Positions 13,009-27,678 of a stretch of 64,000 nt of DNA are shown in pieces. Source of the stretch: Octopus vulgaris (taxonomy: Eukaryota). The notes below the pieces were generated by a model, which was not told the DNA's origin, made no database searches, and saw only the letters and a list, made by a program, of their open reading frames with translations. The translations under genes were made by a program, and so were the position numbers. The stretch lies in the NCBI GenBank assembly GCA_951406725.2, contig OX597833.1:50096001-50160000 (forward strand), read 5' to 3'. Position 1 is the stretch's first letter, and each line of letters opens with the position of its first letter.

Positions 13009-13871
13009 AACCGCTTGACAACTAGTCGTGGTTTGTTTAAGTCATCGTAACATAGCGGTTCGGCAAAAGAACCGATTGAGTAAGTAGGACGCTTAAGAAT
13101 AAAAGTAGTTCTAGGGTCGGTTGTTTCGAAGACGGTTACTCCAGCATGACCACCGTGCAATGACTGAAGCAAGTAAAATAGATAAATAAAGTGGATGCCA
13201 GTAATTAAATGGGGAGGAGGCTATCTCAACAATTGATGGTTAGTAGACATTCATTGCGTAACAGACTGCGTCAATTCTCATTTTGGTTCCTGTCAACGCA
13301 AAGCCGGTCTGACCAGGTAAAGAGTTTGTACAATGTTTATGGAACGAGGGTGCGGCAAAACCGCTTGACAACTAGCGTTGGTTTATTACGTCACCGTAAC
13401 ATAGCGGTTCGGCAAAAGAACCGATTGAGTAAGTAGGACGCTTAAGAATAAAAGAAGTTCTAGTGTCGGTTGTTTCGCGTGTGTAGGTGTATATATATAT
13501 GTGTTTTATTTTTGTATCGTCTATCTGGATGTTTCGTTGTCCCCTTTTTGTATCAGCTGTCTGGATGTTTTGCGTTCTTGTCCCATGTTTGGTATTCCTT
13601 CATATATATATATATACATATATATATATATTCGAAGACGGTTGCACCAGTATGGCCACCGTGCAATGACTGAAGCAAGTGAGATAGATAGATAAATAAA
13701 GTAGATGCCAGTAATTAAATGTGGGAGGAGGTTATCTCAACTATTGATGTTTAGTAGACATTCATTGCGTAATAGACTGCGTCAATTCTCATTTTGGTTC
13801 CTGTCAACGCAGAGCCGGCCTGACCTGGTAAAGAGTTTGTACAATATTTATGGAACAAGGGGTGCGGCAAA
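13009..13871 (+). repeat. Local tandem duplication of ~350 bp (SINE A 3' half plus unique flank); copy 2 carries a ~150-bp insertion
   Basis: Units 13009-13358 and 13359-13871 share gtagacattcattgcgtaa(c/t)agactgcgtcaattctcattttggttcctgtcaacgc; insertion at 13478-13630. Confidence 0.9.
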
Positions 13872-14134
13872 ACAACATAAATATACATAAATATAACAGT
13901 TAACAGCTAAAAGACAAAAGGAGAAACATATATACATGTCAAAGAATATAACACAATGCAGTCAATCTTTATGTGGAAATCACGGGAAATACGAAAATAA
14001 AAGAAGCAGCAAATTGTGTTTAACGTGATATCAATCAAAGAATGAAGGCTATATTAGCATTCTCTTTTTTTTTTCTTTTTCCTTTTTTTTTTTTTTTTTT
14101 TTTTTTTTTGCATTTTTCATTTTCTAACACTTAC

Positions 14135-14385
14135 CATGCCGTTAGCATAAACAGATTTGTGGTCATAAATGTAGACGGCATCATTACAGATGCCTTTTGA
14201 TGTCCGGTCTGGAATGTCCAGCTCAATCATACGAAGCATTAACTTCCAGCCTTTAATAGCGGCATAAAACGTCATTGTACATTCTGTTTTGTGTTTGAAT
14301 AGTTTCTTATTGGCTGTTCTGTGGTGTGAAAACACTGTGGCTCCCGTCAGTCTTTGACTCTTGCAGCCGTCTCCTTCCATGTAGA
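14135..14385 (-). CDS. Internal coding exon, CUB-like extracellular domain (probable CUB/LDLa receptor-type protein, Loaf/CG6024-like)
   Basis: Acceptor ctctctgtttttcag|TCTAC and donor GGCATG|gtaagt. 251 nt open (phase 1 in, phase 0 out): xYMEGDGCKSQRLTGATVFSHH..ECTMTFYAAIKGWKLMLRMIELDIPDRTSKGICNDAVYIYDHKSVYANGM. The C-x-x-T-F, L-M-L-R..L-D and C-N-D-x-V-Y-I-Y-D motifs match CUB strands. Family assignment is from recall. Confidence 0.85.
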
Positions 14386-14524
14386 CTGAAAAACAGAGAG
14401 AGAGAGAGAGAAAGAGAGAAAAGTCAGATATGTACAGATAGAGAGAGAGAACGTGTTTGTGTACGAAGAGAAGAAAAAAAATGCATAAATGGTGGTATAT
14501 CGATAATGTGAGAGTAGATGAACG

Positions 14525-15445
<921 letters not shown>

Positions 15446-15753
15446 ACGTAATGTATAGTGTTTAATTTTAAAAACATTAGGACTGAGGAATTAAGTTAAG
15501 AATTTATATAATAATGAAATTAAGACAGAAGATTGACAAGGTTAAATACACCAGAAAAACATATTTAAAAATAAAAATGTATGCGCACATTTATATCTGT
15601 GTGTGTTTGTGTTCGTTCGTATGTGTGACTGCGTGTGTATACTTGCGCACGCACGTAGATAAGGTTACATATATATCCTGTTGGGGGTATATATAAATTG
15701 TGAACGACGAAAGTAAAAGAAACGACAGACAGTTTGACCTGTACAAGAGAGAA

Positions 15754-15812
<59 letters not shown>

Positions 15813-16224
15813 AAATGGTGGAGGGAGCTTGATTCTGAATGATCCCAGAGCCTATTAGTTTACCTCCTGGTGTTAAACATCATAGGATAATAATGTTAAA
15901 ACTGATTATATTTGACGGCTTATTATGATAAGAGGCATTTATTCCTCTGTAAATTAACCGTTTTATATGGCAATGAAGGAAAATCTATGTCATGCGTACA
16001 ACTATAAATTTTAAATTCACATGTGATAAAGTGATGTGTCTGCTCTTCCTGAATTGCATGTAAAATAAAGCAGTTTAGTAATTTAATAATTTCAATATAT
16101 CTATTTCAACATCATGGACAAGCTTTTAGCTCGTTATAAATATCAAAGTTATTAATTGCTGCAACAGCAGTAGAATATTTACAAAATTTTAAACACAATT
16201 TAGAATAGAAAGCGTCAACGCTGT

Positions 16225-16487
16225 AGCCGTGTGGTGAAATGTTTACGTCCCAACAATATAGTTCTGAGTTCAATCCTAATGCGTGGCAAATTGGATAAGT
16301 GTCTTCTACTGCAGCCTTAGGCCGACCAAAGCCTTGTTAAAGAAACTGAAAGAAGCTCGTCGCGCGCGTGTAGGTGTATATATATATGTGTTTTATTTTT
16401 GTATCGTCTATCTGGATGTTTCGTTGTCCCCTTTTTGTATCATCTGTCTGGATGTTTTGCGTTCTTGTCCCATGTTTGGTATTCCTT

Positions 16488-16550
<63 letters not shown>

Positions 16551-16653
16551 GTGTGTGTGTATGTGTGTGTGTGAGTGTATGTATCTATGTATATGTATGT
16601 ATGTATATGTAAACACACACGACGAGCTTCTTTCACTTTCTTTAACAAGGCTT

Positions 16654-16690
<37 letters not shown>

Positions 16691-16700
16691 ATGTGTGCGT

Positions 16701-16740
<40 letters not shown>

Positions 16741-16935
16741 GTACTTGTCTGTGTGTTTGTCCCTCACCACCGCGTGGCAACCGGTGTGGCTTGTTTACGA
16801 CTCGTAAAGCTGTTCAGCAAAAGTAGCACAGATAGAATCAAGAGCAGGCCTAAAAAGTAAACACCAAGAGTCGATTTGGTCAAGGTGGTGCCCTAGCATT
16901 GCCAAAGTCCAGTGATTAAAACAAATATAAAAGAT
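16225..16935 (+). mobile_element. Degraded SINE A copy containing a ~125-bp insertion (16363-16488) and a local inverted duplication
   Basis: SINE A head and tail motifs are present; the insertion is nearly identical to 13478-13601. Confidence 0.75.
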
Positions 16936-17275
16936 TAATGACAATCACCACTACTTTGATACTGGCACTCATTTATCTTCTCTCGGTCTTTGTTCACAAA
17001 TACTTCTCTTGATAGAGTTATTCAGTCCTTTGTGGTCCCTTACTCTCTGTGCTGCATTCAGGTTCAACGCTACCCTTTTCGATCGTGGGCTCTTTATGTC
17101 CCTGATGCAGTCAGTAATTCTTGTGCCTACGCGTGTCTGAAAAAGTTCATTTCTTAATTTAGTTTGAGGTTTGGGAAACCTTCGGGGGCCACCATCTTTA
17201 CAATTATAGAGGGGACATATTTCTACTTGAACCGACATTATATGTCATGATCATTATTCTGTCATATAATACATT

Positions 17276-17579
17276 GTGGAAGTGCAATGGCCCAGTGGTT
17301 AGGGCAGCGGACTCGCGGTTGTAGGATCGCGGTATCGATTCCCAGACCGGGCGTGGTGAGTGTTTATTGAGCGAAAACACCTAAAGCTCCACAAGGCTCC
17401 GGCAGGGGGTGGGGCGATCCCTGCTGTATTCTTTCGCCGCAACTTTCTCTCACTCTTTCTTCTCTTGGTCTGCTCGCTTAGCCAGCGGGGTGGCGTCATT
17501 TGAAGGCTAAAACAATGCGAAGCGCATTGTGAACAGTGATGTGTAGCAACAGCTGATAGTCTGGTCGGTCACGGTGATA
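17276..17579 (+). mobile_element. SINE family C, tRNA-derived
   Basis: tggcccagtggttagggcagcggactcgcggt..tcgattcccagaccgg (A and B boxes); related copies at 38931 and 26088. Confidence 0.85.
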
Positions 17580-18335
17580 ATACGTTGTAATATCACATAT
17601 TAGATATCATATACTACACTGTGTATCATAAGACACAAACCATGGTGCATGTCATATAACGATATATTTCTTATTGGAGTATTTTTGCTGTCTTGTAGTG
17701 ATTCCAAAAGTATAACAGCGTTAATAATGCATTTCAAAATCCTCTAATTTGCGTGAATCTTCAGATTCTAGGTTCCACGTTTCCGATGCGTTGTTTCCCA
17801 CGGGGAGACTAGCGGCCTTGTACAGTATAGAAGTGAAGATCCATCCTCAGAGATTTTGAGTAATAAGTGATCTAAAAGGTGCACTGCGTTTGTCACCGTT
17901 ACAAGGAGTGACGTATATTGTTCCAACGGATACCCCTATAGCGCACGTTTTATGTGATGTATATACGACAACACAACGCTAGTCATAAAATCATATTAAA
18001 TTTCCGAAACATTAAAACGAAATCCAATTTTTACCCAACCATCTTTTCTCATTGATAATATTTTTCCATCCATCTTTTCTCCTTTAAGTTTATTTTCTAC
18101 CTCTCCTCTGATGAAAATCTGGCTTCCGAAACGTCAAGACATTTCCTTTTCCTTTTAAGTGTTAATGTAATACGACATTAATCAAAAGTTGTCCCTCTCG
18201 TGTTGTCTTCCTCATCTGCTCATTGCTTTTATTAATACAAAGAAAATACTAGTCGGAGCTAATCGATATTCCTTATTGATATCCCACTCAGCCTTTAAAT
18301 GGTGTAGACCTAAAAATTCACATCTTGATTTATAC

Positions 18336-18531
18336 TTTACTCTTTTACTTGTTTCAGTCTTTTGACTGCGGCCTTGCTGGAGCACCACCTTTAGTCGAGC
18401 AAATCGACGCCAGGACTTATTCTTTGGAAGCCTAGCACGTTTTCTATTGGTCTTTTTCGCCGAACCGCTAAGTTACAGGGACGTAAACTCACCAGCATCG
18501 GTTGTCAAGCGATGTTGGGGGACAAACACAG

Positions 18532-18566
<35 letters not shown>

Positions 18567-18735
18567 CATATATACGACGGGATTCTATCAGTTTCCGTCT
18601 ACCAAATCCACTCACAAGGCTTTGGTCGGCCCGAAGCTCTAGTAGAAGACACTTTCCCAAGGTGCCACGCAGTGGGACTGAACCCGGAATCAAGTGGTTG
18701 GTAAGCAAGTTACTTACCCTACAGCCACTCCTGCA
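18336..18735 (-). mobile_element. SINE family A, full length
   Basis: Reverse complement of family A consensus. Confidence 0.92.
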
Positions 18736-19396
18736 CATTACACTCTTTTTATTTTTATTAAACTTTTAAATTTAATGACTTAATTGCGTAGACTATGAAA
18801 ACACGTACATTTTTCCATATACTTCTCTTCACTTTTCCCGCGCGAACACACACTCAGGTTTTTCCCTCATAAATTATACACCGTCTCCTAGTGTTATATT
18901 TATGCAATTTCTCCGTATCAAGTGTTTATAAACATTCTTTATATTTTATATTTGTCGCTTTAAGCAGCCTGAAGTTTATTATAAGCAATTGTTTACCGAT
19001 TCACGTTGAAAGAATTAACAATATCAACTAGCATTAGTGCTATATGTACGGTCGCTTTAAGATGTATATAAACATAGACTGGCTGCTTTATCGATGCTAT
19101 TATGTTTAAGCTGTGTGTGTGTGCGTGTCTGTGTGTGTGTTTGAATAAGGTACGTTAACTGTACGATATATCTGTGTGAGATATTTGAGTATGTGTGACA
19201 TGTGTTGGTCTTGTTATAAGATATAAGATATCAGTTAGTTATGATGCGATGTGCGTGTTTACGTTTGTATGTATAAAAAGTTGTGCGTTCGTGGTGTGTG
19301 CTTCGTATAGGCCAAAAATATGAGTGATGTATGGATGCGTATTTCGTATGAAGGTGTGTGACTACACTGAAGTGTAAATGTATATATATGTGTACA

Positions 19397-19458
<62 letters not shown>

Positions 19459-19849
19459 TTTTCGTGATGTGTGCTTCATATAGGCAAAAATTTGAGTGAT
19501 GTATAGATGTGTATTTGGTATAAAGGTGTGTGCCTACGCTGAAGTGTAAATGTATATATATGTGTACATGTGTGTGTGTGTCTGTGGGGTATGTGTGTGT
19601 GAATGTGAGATATATTCATTATATATGTAAATGAGTGATTAGCGCATGATATATATTGATTATGTATGTAAATGAGGGATGATATATATATATGTGTTTG
19701 TATGTGTGTATGTGCGTGTGTGTGTTTGACATATATATTTACACACGTTCGCACTCACACATGAACACATACACACATATATATTAAAAATTATTGACAT
19801 ACATGTACGTATATATATGTATACATATATGTACAGTTTTAGATGTGTG

Positions 19850-20782
19850 TATGTATGTATATATGTACTTATATAAATGCATATAAAAACATATATGTAT
19901 ATGTGTATGTATGTGTGTAATATATATATATATATACATACACACATATACCTACGTGCTTATGTACATACATACCAACATATATACATACGTACACACA
20001 CAAACATACTAACATACATACGTACACACACATACATACCAACATATACACATACATACATACATACATACATACATACATACATACACACACACATACA
20101 TATATACATACATACATACATACCAAAATACACACATACATACATACATACATACATACATACATACATACATACATACATACATACATACATACACACA
20201 TATATACCTACATGCTCGCTGACACACATAACTACCAACCTATACAGACGCACACATGATACAGTATTGCAAGCATGTGATATACAATATACAACACACA
20301 CAACACACACAACACACACAAAAATATACATAAACCAAAATGGAAGCTAATCCAAACAGAAGCTATTCCCTTTTAGTTCCCTTATCACAGCAGACTATGA
20401 TGCTTTTAATCTTCGTAATCGCTCGCATTGTTTCAGCACCAGTGAGCAATACATCCCATACTCCGCCAAACGTAGCATCTTTTCATCATTTCTAAAATCG
20501 ATTTTGTCGTTATTTTCCGATGTTCATATTGTAAATGTATATACATACATATATATATATATGTGTGTGTATTGCCTTTGTATAGGTTGCTGTTCTATAC
20601 TGTTCTATAGTCTCTGGTTTCTCTACATTGCTTCTCTAAAACTAAACTATATATAAACACAGCAGCCGTTTCCTTTTCCCTATCTTCTATTAATATTTGT
20701 TTATCAACTTGAGATTGCTTGCATCGGAATACAGACGCGTGTGTACATACACGTACACACACACACACACACACACACAAAA

Positions 20783-20836
<54 letters not shown>

Positions 20837-21013
20837 TAAATATATTTATATATATATATATATGCACATATATATACATATATACATATATATATACATA
20901 TATATACATATATATATACATATATATATACATATATACATATATATATACATACATATATACATACATACATATACATATACATACATATATACATACA
21001 TACATATATACAT

Positions 21014-21071
<58 letters not shown>

Positions 21072-21245
21072 AATACATATACATACACACAGGAATGCAT
21101 ATAACCGCACACACACACGCGCATATATATACTAACATATGTACTATAAGGACAAAAATGTGGAAAGTGTTTATGCTTTATTAGTTCGTGTGCGTGTATG
21201 TGTGTGTGTGTGTGTGTGTATCTGTGTGTGTGTGTGTGTGTGTAT
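19850..21245. repeat. (CATA)n/(TA)n/(CA)n microsatellite blocks
   Basis: Direct reading, with short unique spacers. Confidence 0.85.
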
Positions 21246-21488
21246 GTTTGATTTCCATATACATCTCTGTATCTGTTCCGTTCTACTCGGCTAGGTCCTA
21301 TTTACTTTGTCTTTCCATATAGTTATTACACATATCTGTCTGCTTGACTATCTGTCTGTCCGACCGCCCGTCTGTCTATCTGCATGTCTGTCTGTCCGTT
21401 TGTCTGTCTGTCGGTGGTTTTTCAATGTGTATAAATGTACGTAAATATGCATGTATTCATGTACGTACATATGTGTACATATACCGTT

Positions 21489-21531
<43 letters not shown>

Positions 21532-21616
21532 ATAAGATCGCTAATTTAAATTAAAAAAACGATCTTATCAAGTGGCCAGCATGGAAATAAAAACCTTCAA
21601 AGGTAATAATTATTAT

Positions 21617-21789
21617 TAAAATTATAATTTAGGGTATCTAAGGGATACCGCCATGCTGAAAATAGCAACCAGGATCTGACTCTAAAACCACATTAAATGC
21701 CGATACAGCACAAGGAGAGAAGACAAAAAGACAAGATACAATTATGGCTGCCATTTTCAGCATGGCGGTATCCCTTAGATACCCTAAAT

Positions 21790-21799
<10 letters not shown>
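21617..21799. repeat. Inverted repeat with 47-bp perfect arms, probably a transposon (Penelope-like?) relic
   Basis: TAAAATTATAATTTAGGGTATCTAAGGGATACCGCCATGCTGAAAAT (21617-21663) and its exact reverse complement (21753-21799). Confidence 0.9.
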
Positions 21800-21866
<67 letters not shown>

Positions 21867-22310
21867 CTACGTTTATAGCTATCCATCTAGCTGTTAAGTT
21901 ATCAACTATCTATACGAGTATTTTGTTTTTGTTTACCAATCTATTATTACATCTGTCTGTCTTTTAGTCAAAGGCCATTTGTCTTAGCCTGTATCACACT
22001 GTCAATCTATCTTTTTTAATCTGTCTCCACTGACCACTCAGTGAAGTATACTTTTTTTTGCTTTCTACCCGACAAACAAATCGCCTCATCAATCGGCAGA
22101 TCATTTATTTGTAAATCCATCAATCTTATCAAAACTCTCCGTCTGCCCGCCTGCCTGTCTGTTTGTCCATGTATCCGTCTATGTAAGTCTGTTATCTATT
22201 CATCTATATCCCTGTCCATCGATGTAACTGTCTATCTATTGCTCTATGTTGCTAGATATCTATCAACCTATCCGTCAATCAATCCATCAGTTCATCTGTT
22301 TGTCTAACCG

Positions 22311-22383
<73 letters not shown>

Positions 22384-22510
22384 TAGTTATATATGTCTGT
22401 CATTTATCTATCAATTTATGTATCTATCTATTTACCTATCCCTCTATCTACCTATCGATCTATTCATCTGTCCGTAAGTCCATCTATCTGGCCATTTCTC
22501 GGTCACCATT

Positions 22511-22920
22511 CTACTCTTTACTCTTTTACTTGTTTCAGTCATTTGACTGCGACCATGCTGGAGCACCGCCTTTAGTCGATCGAGCAAATCGACCCCAGGA
22601 CTTATTCTTTTTAAACCTAGTACTTATTCTATCGGTCTCTCTTGCCGAACCAGCATCGGTTGTCAAGCGATCTTGTGGGGGTGGGGAACATATACAGACA
22701 CACACACAACCAACCAACCACCCACCCAAAACACACACATACACACACATATATATACATATATACGACGGGCTTCTTTCAGTTTCCGTCTTCCAAATCC
22801 ACTCACAAGGCTTTGGTCGGCCCGAGGCTATAGCAGAAGACACTCGCCTAAGTTCCACGCAGTGGGACTGAACCCGGAACCATGTGGTTGGTAAGCAAGC
22901 TACTTACCACACAGCCACTC
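22511..22920 (-). mobile_element. SINE family A, near full length
   Basis: Reverse complement of family A consensus with a small internal deletion. Confidence 0.9.
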
Positions 22921-23711
22921 TGTTGAGCTATCAACCTGTTCAGCAATTTGCCTAAACGTATATTTATCTGTCTACCTATCTCTCCGTCTATTTGTTGACT
23001 ATCTAAGTCTATCATTTCTCTATTCGTCAATATGGACCTGTCAGTCCATATAACTGTCAATCGTTTATCTGTCTGTCCACTTTTCCGTCATCTCTCACTC
23101 TACATATTTTCTATGTCCATCTCAGTCATATATGTTATAACGTATATATGTTCATTTATTCGTCGGTCAGTCAGCTGTTTGTCTACCCATCACCGTATCT
23201 CTTGGTCTGTCTCTGTCCCTCTCTGTGCCAGTTTATTTATTTGTCGGTCCATAAATCTGCCTGTCATTATATCTGGCTGGCCATCTATTTGTCTGTGACT
23301 TGAGCTGTTGGTCCATGTATGTTTATGTCTAGCATTTGTATGTCTATCAACTCTCCATATATCTGTATCTCTATTTATCAGTTTGCCGATTTATCAGCTC
23401 CATATATCAATATGCCGCTTGTTTGTCTACTTGGCTGTCTGTCTGTCCGTCAGCCATCTGCCTACATATCTACCTCACTCTCTCTATCAATCGATCGATC
23501 GATCGATTTATCTATCCGGCGACTTGTTCATTTGTTCATGTATCTGTATGCGTACATAGTTATATAGGTATCCCTATATCTTCTTATGTCTATCTATTTA
23601 TTTATCCATATAACTGTTTGTCCATCCGTCCGTCCGTTCCTAGCTCCGTCCGTCCCTAACTTCGTCCGTCCGTCCGTCCGTCTGTCCGTCCATCCATCCA
23701 TCCATCCATCC

Positions 23712-23772
<61 letters not shown>

Positions 23773-23860
23773 GCGACTTGTTTGTTTATATATCTGCTTG
23801 TGTTCATAACTATATATGTATCCATGTATCTTCTATGTCTATCTATCCATATAACTGTCT

Positions 23861-23900
<40 letters not shown>

Positions 23901-25785
23901 CCTACCTACCTACCTACCTACCTATCTACCTACCTACCTACCTACCTACCAACCTACCTACATACCTACCTATCTAACCATCTACATATCTTTCTAACTA
24001 CCCATATGTCTATCTCTCCATCTCTCCATATATCTGTACCTCTGCCTGTCAGTCTGTCAGTCCAGCTGTTTCTCACTTTGTATATCTACCTCTTCACGCC
24101 TATTCATCTTTCTATCCATCTCGTTGTATTTCTACATTGTGTATCTATCTATCTATCAGTCAATTTATCAATTTGAATATTTCCTATATTCGGTTTATTT
24201 CATTCTCTGCTTATCCGTAAGTCAAGTAATCCGTTCATCAGTGCATATCTCTCCATCAATATTTTTTTTTTTTTATTTTACTATTTGTCTATTCCTGAAT
24301 CAACTCTCTACATACCTACACATCTGTTATTTGTTTACAAACTCTTTCTCCATCCATTTTCCCCTTATCTTCATCATAGTTTTTTCCTTTTCTCCTTTTT
24401 TTCCTTTTTTTCTTTTTATTGATTTATACCGCTCATATTTTTTCTTTCAAACTCCCCTCAACAAAAACACTTACTTATCCTTCCCTTCCATCCAACCTAC
24501 CCACAAATCATTGCACCGTACGTACCTATTGCAATTCATTTCTTCATCTTTTATTCTCCAGTTATTTATATTATTTTGAATATTTGTCAGCGATATAAGA
24601 ATACGTTTGGTCACCTCTGAGTATCTGCCACAAATCACACGTGACCAGCATATTAACTTTTGTATAAGAAAACATTTCGTTTGTGATTAATAGCAGCAAC
24701 TCACACAGGTTCAAGCCGTTATGGTAGATTTTTCTACCGTTTGTGTATGTGTGTGTATGTGAGTGAGTGTACTTTTTTCTTTTCATTTAGACCAGTTACT
24801 AAGCAACACGTTTCTTTGCTTTCCTTAAAAAAAGGTTTATAATTGTATAACTCTTCCTGCATAACTCAGAAATTCTAAGGAAAATTTATATAAAAAAAAA
24901 AATGAATGTAAATATAAAAGATATAATAAAAGCTCGATGTTTTGTATTATTTTCCTGTTAAATAAATCAAATAGAGATTCTACATTTCGTAAATGTGTTT
25001 ATTTATTTTTATATCATGGAAATTTTCATAATTCTTTGAATGTTACTCAGAAAATAATATGAATGTAAATGACCTTGGCAACGAAGAAACTGAGTGACCC
25101 TGACAGCGTTTTTCATCTAATTTACTTATCGATATTTTATTATAAACTTACCTTACCGCTAGCGACACATCGAAATTTTTTCATGCATAAATAATTTTTT
25201 GACAAATTAGCAGAAAGAAGAAAGCAAAATTTTTACATTCTTACGTTCTTAAGCAGTTTTGCTAATAAAATTTGCCAAGAGACGAAAATAAAGCAGAAAA
25301 TAATTTTACTATTTTTATTAATACTCCAATGCATCAAATTATTGTTAGTTTATAAAGACCCAATGGCCTTTGTAAAGCCGTGATATGAATTAAAATACGA
25401 TTTATATTTATTTCTAGCACTGGAGTGTCAATAAATATAATATCATACGCTGAATCAATAATGGAACGCTTACAGAAATTCTTGCTCTTTAAAAATTTAC
25501 AGCTCCAATTCAACAATTATATTAGTGATGAATTAGCCACTATAGGCAAAGCGAGGAGCTTGTTTAACATTCAACAGTTTAAGGTTAAGCTGCGAGGATT
25601 TAAACAAAATAAATTTCATTATTATGTGTCCAGCAGGGTGATGTATTGGTAGATACATTAGAATTTCTGAAGAAACATTTCGCAGTGTTTGTAACGAATC
25701 TTTACGTTCTGAGTTCAAACTTGAATTGGCCAATTCTCACATTTTTCTTTCTTTTCTTTTTTTTTTTGTGGATGTTGATAAATAT

Positions 25786-26088
25786 TGTTTGTTCCTTCTC
25801 GAGCCAAGCCTGGCTCATAAGGACCGGTTTTCCGGTTTCCTTGGCGTATAGGTTCCGCACCTGGACGGGACGCCGGTCCCTCACATGTGAGCTGCAAGAT
25901 GCAGGAGGAAAGAATAAGAGAAAGTTGTGGCAAAAGTGTCAGCAGAAGTCCGCCATTACCTTCTGCCGGAGTAGCGTGGAGCTTAGGTGTTTCGCTCATA
26001 AACACATACATCACCTCGTCTGAGATTCGAAGACGCGTTCCTTCGACCGCGAGTCCGCTGCTCTAACCACTAGGCCATGTGCCTCTAC
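25786..26088 (-). mobile_element. SINE with family C head and a different tail, nested in an old SINE B
   Basis: Head tggcctagtggttagagcagcggactcgcggtcg on the minus strand; 12-bp TSD gttgataaatat (25774-25785 and 26089-26100); SINE B remnants on both sides. Confidence 0.82.
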
Positions 26089-26900
26089 GTTGATAAATAT
26101 AGTACCAGTTAAATACTGGGGTATATTTAATCGACTAACCCTTCATCCCAAATTTTTAGTCTTGTACCTATGCTACAAACAGTTAAGTGTGTACCCTTCT
26201 CAACGACAGATGCTAGGATCGGTATAGCAGTGAAATAAATGAATTGTAGCCATTACTTGGCGACAAGGTAACAGATAGCTCAGCATCTCGGACATAATGC
26301 ATAGCAGCATTCTTTCCGGCATTTTACCTTCCTAGTTCAAATCTCACTCAGATCAACTTTGCCTTTCATCCCTTTGGAGTTCAATCGTTGAGGGCGATGT
26401 AATCGGCTTGCTCTTTCTCCGCATCAGAACTGCAAGCCTTGAGCCTATCAACGGTCCCTCATACCGTTCAGTGGTAATATTATGATCTCGATCACTTATA
26501 CAAAAGGAAACCGGGCATCCGGCCTTATGAATGGCAAGGCTCGAAGAAAAAAAAAAGTCAATATTTGCGGCCATTTAAGTTCCGAGTTCTCTCATCTCAC
26601 GAAACCCGACGCTGCCCTTCATTCTACCGGGGTCGATAAACTAAGTACCGGTCATCTAGTGTTGTCTTTTTAATCGGCTTTATCAAAACCGCAACTTTCA
26701 GCAACTTCCAAAATGTGTGAGTGTACCTAAGTTAGAAATCATAAATGTTTGGCTTCATCGAGGACAAACACACTGTGTGTATCAATACTAGGATATAGTT
26801 TTCTGAGAAATCACGAGATGGAAAATTGTTTGTGATGTTCAGATACGGAAACATCACTGACGATCAGGGTGTAAGCTGTACAAAAAAGTAAATAAATAAA

Positions 26901-26901
<1 letters not shown>

Positions 26902-26931
<30 letters not shown>

Positions 26932-27005
26932 AAGAAGAAGAAGAAGAAGAAGAAGAAGAAGAAGAAGAAGACGGAGAAGAAGAAGACGGAGAAGAAGAAG
27001 AGGAA

Positions 27006-27037
<32 letters not shown>

Positions 27038-27147
27038 CGGAGAAGAAGAAGAAGAAGAAGAAGAAGAAGAAGAAGAAGAAGAAGAAGAAGAAGAAGAAGA
27101 AGAAGAAGAAGAAGAAGAAGAAGAAGAAGAAGAAGAAGAAGAAGAAG

Positions 27148-27178
<31 letters not shown>
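26902..27178. repeat. (AAG)n microsatellite, about 90 units
   Basis: Direct reading. Confidence 0.98.
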
Positions 27179-27179
<1 letters not shown>

Positions 27180-27384
27180 GTAGTGTTAACTTGATGCTGA
27201 ACATGTGCTCAGCCAATTTTAACATACATTCTTGCAAGGAGAGTAGACTGGGGCAACTTGAACTATATCTGAAATGCCTTATCACAAAAGAACGCAACAT
27301 GTCTTACAGACCGAGAATCGAAGCGACGACCTTTTGATCGAAAGGCCAGTCGACTAATCACTGAAAGAGACAGACAGACACATA

Positions 27385-27431
<47 letters not shown>

Positions 27432-27435
27432 GTTA

Positions 27436-27630
27436 TAGGCGCAGGAGTAGCTGTGTGGTAAGCAGTTTGCTTACCAACCACATGCTTCCGGGTTCAGTCC
27501 CACTGTGTGGCACCTTGGGCAAGTGTCTTCTACTATAACCTCGCCGACCAAAGCCTTGTGAGTGGATTTGGTAGACAGAAACTGAAAGAAGCCCGTTGTA
27601 TATATATATATATATATGTGTGTGTGTATG

Positions 27631-27678
<48 letters not shown>

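Noticed and set aside
16969-17238. Non-repetitive 89-aa minus-strand ORF with an internal acceptor and donor, upstream of the CUB exon
   Set aside because: The 93-nt candidate exon is open in phase 0, but the phase-1 frame needed to join the CUB exon hits a TGA; no homology recognised.
17276-17350. tRNA-like sequences (also at 38931, 57513, 32876 and 26088)
   Set aside because: A/B boxes are present but acceptor stems are imperfect and each continues into a SINE body, so they are SINE heads and not tRNA genes.
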